Assembly (NCBI GenBank): GCA_012295275.1
Contig: CM022672.1
Span: forward strand, 5,890,001 to 5,954,000
Reading direction: 5' to 3'
Source: Chrysomallon squamiferum
Taxonomy: Eukaryota > Animalia > Mollusca
DNA length: 64,000 bases
Shown here in pieces: positions 53,717 through 64,000 of the stretch. The translations under genes and the position numbers were made by a program. The notes under the pieces are model-generated. The model searched no databases. It was not told the DNA's origin and saw only the letters and a list, made by a program, of their open reading frames with translations. The stretch's first letter is position 1, and each line of letters opens with the position of its first letter.

Positions 53717-54046
53717 AATCTTGAAATCAAAATGTACTACCTTGCTTTAGAAATGAATTTAACATTTTAATAGTAACAATCTGACGCACAATATGTATGT
53801 GTGTGTGTGTGTTTGTTTGAATATACCTAGTGATATTCATTTTTTTTTTTTTTTTTTTTACATCTGTGCACTGTTAATAATACAGGAGAGAAAAATAATT
53901 ATTTCGCGGGTTTAATAATTAATCAAGTATACGTTGTGAAACGTCACAGATCTGAGTGCGTCATCCTCTGACCAAACTGCACGTCAGCCAGTTCGTCTAA
54001 ACTTTCACAATAACACGCACATAACACTGAAAGAAATGAACCTCTC

Positions 54047-54287
54047 GTTATTTATTTATTTATTTACTTATTTATTTATTTATTTATTTACTTCTTTATT
54101 TTATTTATTTATTTATTTAATAATGACTTATTTATTACTTATTTATTTAGTTACTTATTTAGTTACTTATTTATTTATTTATATATATATTTGCTTATTT
54201 ATATATTTATTTATTGCTTATTTATTTACTTATTTACTTACTTATTTATTTATTTACTTATTTATTTATTTATATATTTATTTATTT

Positions 54288-54322
<35 letters not shown>

Positions 54323-54386
54323 TTTGCTTATTTGCTTATTTATTTATTTACTTACTTACTTACTTACTTACTTATTTATTTATTTA
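54047..54386. repeat. (TTTA/CTTA)n microsatellite tract
   Basis: Directly visible. Confidence 0.95.
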
Positions 54387-54641
54387 TATACACCATGTTT
54401 TTTCCGTTCGTTATAAACTGAGTCTAGGGAGTGAATGGAAGTTCATCTTGGTTCAGCTGAACGACAGAACACTGATGGTCTCTGTACAAGACAATTACCA
54501 GAACAAAAACGTTTCCTTCAATTCTCTAACTGTCAGAACTACGCAAAACACACATGATGAACCATTATATATTAATGACATAGTCTAGAAATTGAATTAG
54601 TTTTCAACACGAATGTAGCCCTAGCGTAACGTTTTTCAAAC

Positions 54642-54674
<33 letters not shown>

Positions 54675-55439
54675 AACAAAAAAAAAACAACAACATTAAA
54701 ACATTAAAAATTGAAACACTAGTCCATTATTACCGCTGTAATATGACATCGTAATTATCAGAAATTATACGTTATAGCTTATGTAAGAGACACTTAGAGA
54801 AATAGAGAACAACAGTAATTAACAGTAGCAGCAACAACAACAACAATAATAATAATAACAGTAACAACAGTAATAATAATAGTAATAGTAATAATAATAA
54901 TAATAATAATAAGAAGAAGAAGAAGAAGAAGAAGAAAATGGAGGAGGAAGAAAAGAGATTGGTGACTCACACACGGACGAACGTACTACACAGCAGTATA
55001 TTACTATTTATGTATTATATTTATTTATGTATTAATTTTACAACATTATAACGAAAAACTAAACAATATACTGTAGGTGAATATCGAATTCTGTTTCCTG
55101 ACGTAAGTAAAAAGGTTAATGGTCTTTTGTTCCATAGCGATCCTTTTCGTGAAAAATTAAACCATTTTCTGACCAAAGCAGCACGTAAACTATTCTGGTA
55201 AAATATTCAACGTATGTCATCCCTTTCGTTTTACGTCGTGTGTAATGAAACTTTAATGTGCTAATGATCCGCGTCGTTGTTTTGTGCGGAGACTGAGTCG
55301 GACTGTTCTATTTATACACATTTATTCAGCCATCAAACTCTTGCTGCGCTTTTTCTTCTCTGCTGTTTTTAATTATTCAAACGTTATTGGACAGTAACAA
55401 ACGCATCCACGAGATGATGTAAGATCATACAGAAAATTG

Positions 55440-56115
55440 TTTAAAATGATCTCTGAAACATAAATGATCGAAGTGATCTTTGAAACATAAATGATCGAAG
55501 TGATCTTTGAAACACGTAAATTATCTAAGTGACCTCTGAAATGCATAATTGATCGAAGTGATCCCTGAAACACGTAACTGATCGAAGTGATCCCTGAAAC
55601 ACGTAACTGATCGAAGTGATCTCTGAAACACATAAATTATCTAAATGATATCTGAAACACATAAATTATCTAAATGATATCTGAAATATATAATTGATCG
55701 AAGTGATCTCTGAAACATAAATGATCGAAGCGATCTTTGAAACGCATAAATTATCTAAGTGATCTTTGAAACACATAAATTATCTATGATCTTTGAAACG
55801 CATAAATTATCTAAGCGATCTCTGAAATGTACAACTCATCGAAGCGATCTCTCTTACACAAAATGATGTACGTGGTTATTGATACACAAAAACAATCTAA
55901 GTGATAGCTGACACAAAAAAAAATAAAATAAAATAAAATAAAATAAAATAAAAATGATCTAAGGGTTCGCTGATACACAAAATGGTCACAATGACCGCTG
56001 AAACACAAAATGATTCCAGTGATCTCTGATATTCAAAATAACCTGAGGTGGTCGCTGGTCAAATAGGCCTAAAGCGATCACTGATTCACAAAATGTCGTA
56101 AAGTCATCGCTGGTT
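55440..56115. repeat. 27-29-bp minisatellite decaying rightwards, interrupted by (AAAAT)n
   Basis: gatcgaagtgatc(c/t)ctgaaacac(a/g)taa(a/c)t; period 29 at 55551/55580/55609. Confidence 0.88.
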
Positions 56116-57000
56116 AATAAAAATGGCATTTAATTATTTTTATGACATCGTTTATGTAGACAATAAACTGGTCGGCAGATTCAGAAAATGACGTCATATT
56201 TCAAGGGGAAGGAGAAAAAAAAAAACAAAAAAACCAACAACAACAAAAAAACATGTTTTAGTTCATTTGGTCCTATAAACTGAAAATTAGTCTTCCATCT
56301 GCACGCGTGTATAAGTTTTCCTTTTTCTATTTTCTGTATTTAAGAAAATACCATCAATCCCCCTCCTGTATGTATTTATGACGACGCTTACCAATATCTG
56401 GCACTTCTCCTTTTAATGAGTCAAATAGAGTGATCTAAGCTGGATGACAGGCGCTCATACATAAACGTCTTTACAAATTACCAAGACTCCGGTAACAGTA
56501 ACTCTTTGCATACGTAATGAAATCAACAATGGCAAAGATGTACTGATAAAAGATACGTATAACTTTCTGTCTTAATGTGTTTGTCTTTTCTCCCGACTAT
56601 CCGTTCATCATTCCGTTTATCATTATTCACGTCTCTCTCTCTGTTTATACGTTCTTACGTCCGTCCATTTATCAAACCATCCATCAGCGTGTCTGTTTGT
56701 CTATGAATATACATGACTTCCCTCTGATTATTTAAGTCTGCGTGCCTGTATTTCTGTCAGTCTGTTTAAATATACAGCACGGGAGGAAACAATGCTAGAT
56801 ATATGATATGTAGAGAAAGTTCATTATCTGTTAAAAGAAGAATCAATTCGCTTATTAATCCAGATTAAACGTTCCTTTTCTGTGCACGACGAATCAAAGG
56901 TTGAATGGATAAAATAATAAAAAGATTAACAGAAAGAGAAAGAAAGAAAAAGAACCGAGAGTGCGGAAAATAATAATAGTAGTAGTAATAGTACTAGTAC

Positions 57001-57075
<75 letters not shown>

Positions 57076-57079
57076 TAAC

Positions 57080-57131
<52 letters not shown>

Positions 57132-59654
57132 GTAAATGAAAATGTGCAGAAATCTAAATTAAAAAAAGTCTAGAAAATGTTTTCAGATGATCGTAATTGC
57201 ATGTGAAACTTTTCACGACAGAAAGTAAGAAGCTTTTCATTATCATTCTTCATTTATTTCTAGACTACTGTCAAACAAAAGAAATCAGGTTAAAACAATA
57301 CGACAAACAAAAAAAAAACATGTTTTTAACCATTTTTCCACTTCACCATACACAGCTGTCAACTACTCTGTATGTTACTTGCGTTTTGGTGATAAAAGTG
57401 AGAAAATGGAGGCGTGGACACAGAGCAGATCAGTAACGAAGAGAAACAAATTAACATGCTTATTGTTCTAGGCTTCTTGGAATACTTTTTCTGTACATAA
57501 TTAATCATCATTATATATTTACATGAATGGTTTTTTTTTTTTTTTTTTAAGTATTACAGAAACCGTTACCTTCCATTTTTCAGCCAATCTAACCAAGTAT
57601 TCATAAGTTTTATACATCATTTAACTCTAAAACATCTGGTGCCCTTAGAAAACTTTATTTTTTTCTGTAATCAAATCCTGAATATTTTCAAATCCTGTGG
57701 CTGATATACTGTATACATATATATATATATATTTTTATTATAATTTACATTATTGTAAATTCGCCATCTTGTTACAAAATTATATTCAATTTTGCATAAA
57801 TGCATTCTCATATGCTGTAGACTGCGGCTTTCGGGTAAATAAAGTTCAGTTCAGTTCAGGAAGCCGATATAAAATAACACGCGAACCAAAACAGGTTTCA
57901 GTTTTGATTTTCGTTTTGAGAATGAGTATGTTATGTAATATGCACTGTAATATAATATAATGCAATAAAACGTTACGTTATGTCAGGCTATATAATAGTG
58001 TAAGACTGATGTAACAAAACAACAACAAAAAGAGATCTTTTTAAAACGAGTTATTACAGATTAACAATAATTCAGTTTAACTGTACAATTCATTCAAGTT
58101 TTGCGACATTGCAAAATTCGCTGATTAAATTAACATTATTTTAACTTAATTATTTCAAGATATCTGTCGGTTTTTGAAAAATGGTTAGACAATAATACTA
58201 CAAAACCTGATTTGTAAAAGCTTTAATTTTAATTAAATTAACAACGTCAACCAAGCAGTTTTGCAACAACGAAGGCACCTTTTCGAACTACCGCGGTAAA
58301 TACGTTGTGAAAACTAAAACACTGATTTTCTATCTTTATTTACCATGTAGAAATCATTAGTGAATACAAGCAACAAGCAGAATAATAATAATAACATTAA
58401 TTAAAATTATGTATGCATAATTAACTAGGTGAAACATATATTAACCCCTGATAATTAAGTAAACAAAATATTAGTAGTATTAGTAGCAGTAGTAATTATC
58501 ATCATCATCGTCATCATCAACATTTGATTAGGACATATGTTGTTGTTGTCGTTTTTTTGTTGTGGATTACTTTACAGTTATTTGACCTATCGAAACCTCT
58601 GGGAACTCTTTGGTTAAGATTTATTCTGCATGAAACTGTACAAAGATGATGAATTTTGATGATGTGTGAAAGGAAACCAGCTGCGTTCAACTCCGCACAG
58701 TTTTATTTTAACTGAACCTGGATTTTCTGCTTAGTTTTCCGCAGGCACTTTCCTGAAATCAGGAAGTGACGTACCGCACATCTTTTGATAAGCCAGTCAA
58801 GGTCGAAGTCCCCTTTCAAATCTGTCTCACTCCATCCATTTTAATTTTCTCCAGCTTCCTTTCATATAGGAGTTTTGTTAAAAAAGAAATTATAAAATGA
58901 CTTCTTGCTTAAGACCTTTTCAGCTTCATAATGAAATCCTTCAGATTTTTTTGTTTTAATTATTTTTCTTTTAAATGTTCCGGATAAAATATATTAAAGA
59001 TAATTATCACAGCAATTTCGCAAATATATTTTAGAAGATTTAAACGAGCAAAAAATAGTAGATGAAGAACACGAACAATAGGTTGAAAATTAATGAAAAG
59101 GAAAAATAAGAGAACGTAAAAAAATAAAAAAGATAAATCTGAAAGGAAATTGAAAGAGGAATAAAAAAAAAATTAAATAAAAAAAATAAATTCAGTTCAA
59201 TTTTCAAAATCTATATAAAGCCTAATTTAATCTAAACGGCGGCTTTTATCAAAAATGTTCTGATTCGTATCCCATGTTCTTCTGACCTTTTGATCAGTTT
59301 AACAACTGGAAATAACTTACAGGAAAATTTTTTTGTTTCAAGTTATTTTTCAATTCAAAATGTTGCTGATAAAATATTTTGACACCAAAGATAATTAGGT
59401 TGGTTTTTTTTCTTGTTTTATTTTCATTTTTTTTTTTTCAGTACTTCTGATTTTTTAACAGGAATAGTTATTATTTAGAAATTCAGTGTCATCTTAATGT
59501 ATACGTCAAAAATAGATATATAGATGAAGAACCTGGAGAATGAAACTGAACAATAGGTCTGTAAAATGCTGAAAATGTCTGTGTGAGGCTATGTGTAACA
59601 GATATTCTGACTGACAAAAAATTTCTGAAGCATTACTAGGCACATTTTCAAGAT

Positions 59655-59694
<40 letters not shown>

Positions 59695-61144
59695 ATTTCA
59701 TGCATGTTACAATGATTTGTTTGAAAATGTACCAGTGAAATGAATAAATATTATGTTAATTAGCAGTTTAAAGATCTAATATTATAATTATCATCGATTT
59801 TCATTGCTGAGTACTGTATGGTAATACATATCATAAACGCACGCACCCAAATGCACTCATATATATATTATATACTGAGAAAGAGAATGCCAGAGATAAT
59901 AATAAAGAATGAAATTGATAGAGAGTGACATTATCAAACAGCTTTATGAAATAAACTACAAAACATATTTATTCCACTCTCGACATATCTGCCGAGTCGC
60001 TGATATCGAGAGTGACTAGCCTACTGCTATATCTCACACAGTGTTATCTCACTCTGGTTTTGCTAAACTTCATACGTTAGGGAATTGTTCAAAGCTTCAG
60101 AGCCTTCCTTACAACTAATCAATTGTCTGAACTGTTCTTATATCCGGTCAGAATTCAAGTACGTCCGTAGTTGGCTTATTATTATGGTGTTCTATTTTAA
60201 GTTATTTTATAAACTGAAAACACACAACAAAGAAAAAGAAAAAAAAAAAAAAATCCAGCTGAAAAATTATATCAAATCATCGTCATTATAATTTGTCCAT
60301 ATTACGCTTAGCAATACAATCAAAATTAGGTGTTTTCAACAGATCTGTAACTTAAGTTTTTCAGTAGTTGTTGATTTTGGTTACGTTAGTACACTGGATC
60401 GCATGTCACGCTGTTAATATTTTGACTTTATTCTGCAGCACTCATACTCAGACAACAATTTCAAATTCGGAGTTTCTGGACATCTAAAAAAAAAACCACG
60501 ATATACTCAACAGTCATTACGAAGCTAGTTTTCGTGATCAAAAAACTCTCCTCTCCTTTATCACCATCTCACCATAACTTCTCAGTTAGTTCAGTTTTGA
60601 ATTATGCATATCGCGAGACACGGACACTGTTATTACATTGGTGTTATTTTATTGGTTACCAGACTGTTTAGGTTTGCAGCTCGTTATTTCTCAGGTGCTG
60701 ACAAAGACGGATTTGTGTTTCCCTTGGTGAGACCCGCTGTCTTTAATTCCGATCTAGTCGCTTTAAACATTAATGCAACTTGGTCGTTTCTGTCCTGTCT
60801 GCTTTAAGAAGTCGTTTCAAGCAAGATGAGGATAGAAGGGTTACTCGTTAATGGACAATTACTTGTAAAATAAACACACACACACACATATATATATATA
60901 TTTATATATTGTGTTATGGCTTGTTTTTTTTTTATTTGAAATATGGATTAAATTAACGGAGAACCAAGTGTATATTAAACACACACACAAACACACACAC
61001 AAACACACAGACATACACACATTTATATACACACAAAGAGAGGGAGAAAGATCGATAAAGAAATAGATACAGATAGCTAGGTAGAGAAACAGACAGACAG
61101 ATAGATAGAATGATATATATATATATATAAATACAGACAGAGAG

Positions 61145-61257
<113 letters not shown>

Positions 61258-61998
61258 TACGTGATTAAACCTACAGAGATTGCGAATAATTGATTGATTT
61301 TTCACACAACGATCTTGATGGTCTAATTTCTGTGCTGGGTAATTTTACAGTTTTCTTAACCAGGTCGTGAAAGAGACTGATAATTGGGTTTCACAGTACT
61401 CGGGCGCTGGTCGAACTTCACGTTAATTTGGCTTTCCTTTATTGTGAAATAATCAAGGATTTCGTCAGGTACGACATAGCACAAAGACGCCATTCGAAGC
61501 TGTTGACGGAGACCGCTCACTTTAATGAAGTACTTAAACTGAATGGTTCAGTAATGATTATAAGTACGTTTATAGTTAGACTATAATTTATTTTCTTAAA
61601 CGAAATCATGGAATAAACAGAGAATACGTAGGCCTAAGAAATAAAACAACAAAAACAAAAAACCAACTCAAAAGAAAAAGATCATAATAATAATAATAAT
61701 AATAATCGAAGATAATAATACACAAGTTAAACTAAACTGAAAATCATTCAGTTTAATAATAATATACAAAAAATAATATACAAATTAAATTTAAAAACTT
61801 TCTATTTAATAAAAATCATTTGAGAAATCAGGGGACTCGGTCAACCTGTTCGAAAGCCCCCAGAATCAGTTTTCTGTTTGTTCTCATAAGTAAACCAACA
61901 CACACAGCAGGATTTAATTCTTCGAGTTACAAGGTTTTGTACTTTTTTTTTACTCGTAAAACTCCGATAATAAGGATTGCACAGCCCATCCATTGTGA

Positions 61999-62029
<31 letters not shown>

Positions 62030-62240
62030 GATAAATGAAAAAATATATATATATGATTGTTGATACTTTCGTAAACATTTATTTGTTTGTTTTTGTTTAA
62101 ATTCAAATTAAATAAATAACTAAATAATGTCTTCCCGTACAAAAGTAATAAATAAAATAAATTAAAGAACAAAACGAGGAAAACAAAACAAAACAACATT
62201 AACAACACACACATGCACGTGCATGCACACACTCACACAC

Positions 62241-62328
<88 letters not shown>

Positions 62329-62775
62329 TTTTTCTTGTTTAAATAACGCTGTATTGTGTTATCATCATAATGAAAAATCATGTTGAAACAACTGTTCGCG
62401 ACGTTTCTCATAAAAACAACGTTTTGTTCAGATTAAAATCAAACGTTCAAATATCATCTCCTATAAGCTTTCATTTTTCTTATATTAAAAGTAAATAAGC
62501 GAGATCGTTATCAAGAGACGTCAAAGTGACGGGAAGGATTTTAATCACTGTAGTTAATTATAGAGCAGATAAAATAAATAATGATGATGATGATGACGAA
62601 AGGTCGTTAATGAAAGTAGGGGTGGGCGGACACTAGATCACAGTGTATTAGTTGTCACGTATGAAATTACATATATTAACTCATAGCTCTGTACATATAT
62701 TTACGTCAATTTCAAATAGCCGTACATTAATGATAAAAAAATGGTTGGATAATTAAATAATTAGCGTGGGTCTCT

Positions 62776-63085
62776 ATGTGTATGTGTGTACATATATATG
62801 TATGTATGTATGTATATATATATGTATCTACACATACATTCATACATACATACATATATACATACATATACATACACACGTTCATCCTTCCATCCATCCA
62901 TACATACATATACAAACACATTGCCAAGAGAAAATGTATTAAAGTTTTAAATAATACGTCAAGTACATACATACATACACATACATCCATACGTACATAC
63001 ATACACATCCATACATACGTACATACATACATCCATACATACGTACATACATATACATCCATACGTACGTACAAACACACACACA
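62776..63085. repeat. (TATG)n then (CATA)n/(CATC)n low-complexity tract
   Basis: Directly visible. Confidence 0.85.
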
Positions 63086-63253
63086 TGGCCCAAAACAAAA
63101 TTTGTCAACGTAATAAAGTTAGGCATGATTCTGGCGCTGTAGTATCTGGCGTGATCTTACTGGTAAGTGACACCACGTGGCTGCAGTTGCAGAAATGGAA
63201 GGTCAGCCCGACACAGAATGTCAGTGATATAATACTCAGCTGACAGCTTTCCG

Positions 63254-63297
<44 letters not shown>

Positions 63298-63471
63298 AAC
63301 ATTTGTACAAACAAAAATAAGCGAATATGCTAAAATTGTGACAACTAATGACAGATTATTTATTTGATACACAAAACAGAAAAGCCTTTTGCTTGAAAAG
63401 CAGTTTACTACCCAGATGAAGAAAGTCATGCTTGAACGGAAAAAAAGATGTTCACACATGTAGTAGACGCG

Positions 63472-64000
63472 TCAGTAACTGGTGTGGCCACAATTAGCAT
63501 TCACACATTGTTGACAACGCCGGCGCACGCCGTTAGCCAGGTGTTGGAAGTAAGGTTGACGAATCGCTTGCGAATATGTAACTACTTGCTGACCTAGTTG
63601 TTGGAAGTTGACGTGATGTCATTGAACTCGACGCATACTCTGAGTGTGCTAAGTCTGGTGAATATGCAGACTAAAGACTGAACGTTCTGCTGCTGCTGCA
63701 GGAAGTCGGTCATCACGACGAGGTCTTCCGTTGTCGTCCTGGAACCAAGCTCCCGGTCCAGTCCGCTGTAGATGTGGATTTACAAAAGGTTGAACAATCT
63801 TGTTGAGATAACGCTGACCAGTCAAATTTCCGTTAATGATGAACATAGGGGTTCTCAGGTTCATGGATACGCCCGCCCTCTCCATTACACCTTCCTCCTC
63901 CAAATGGTAGACGTTGCAAAACGTTGACATCAGCAAATCTTTCTCCTTAACGACGGTAAACTCGAGCCCGGCCATCACTGAACTGGAACAAGTATCGTGA
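63472..64000 (-). mobile_element. Tc1/mariner transposase pseudogene (3' part; continues beyond the window)
   Basis: SDGRARVYRR*GERFAD...FGGG (frameshift) VMERAGVS...GNLTGQRY...FQDDNGRP, AYSPDL, VRRRCQQCVNANCGHTSY*; in-frame stop and frameshifts; (TA)n at 63256-63293 may mark the element end. Confidence 0.9.

Noticed and set aside
60695-60726. Candidate micro-exon VLTKTDLCFP
   Set aside because: Splice-like signals only, with no homology support.
61828-61870. GTTCGAA B-box-like motif suggesting a tRNA
   Set aside because: No cloverleaf or A-box can be built.

Overview
AT-rich, microsatellite-dense eukaryotic DNA with GT-AG introns. It comes from an invertebrate animal, and the SINE relics suggest a gastropod mollusc (inference). 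Genes: the 3' end of CFAP43 (+, 1-3684); a complete 9-coding-exon lysyl oxidase-like gene (-, 13467-6462; signal peptide, SRCR, Thr-rich linker, SRCR, LOX domain; 582 aa by my exon join); two near-identical intronless atypical Ras-family GTPase genes (22697-23314 and 32212-32829) inside a ~9.5 kb tandem duplication; and an isolated signal-peptide first exon resembling anosmin-1 (47232-47372). Each duplicated unit also carries an inverted decayed fragment of the GTPase and a rearranged copy of the LOXL upstream region. Repeats include a hAT MITE with a perfect 8-bp TSD, a foldback-like element, SINE relics, a dead Tc1 transposase and many minisatellites. The most unusual signals are: (1) three LOXL exon-intron junctions amplified into intronic minisatellites carrying decoy splice sites; (2) the duplicated GTPase module with non-canonical G-boxes and an antisense fragment; (3) a LOX-type G-DDP putative BMP-1 site in an SRCR-type LOXL. 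Exon boundaries were read by eye, and no database searches were run.
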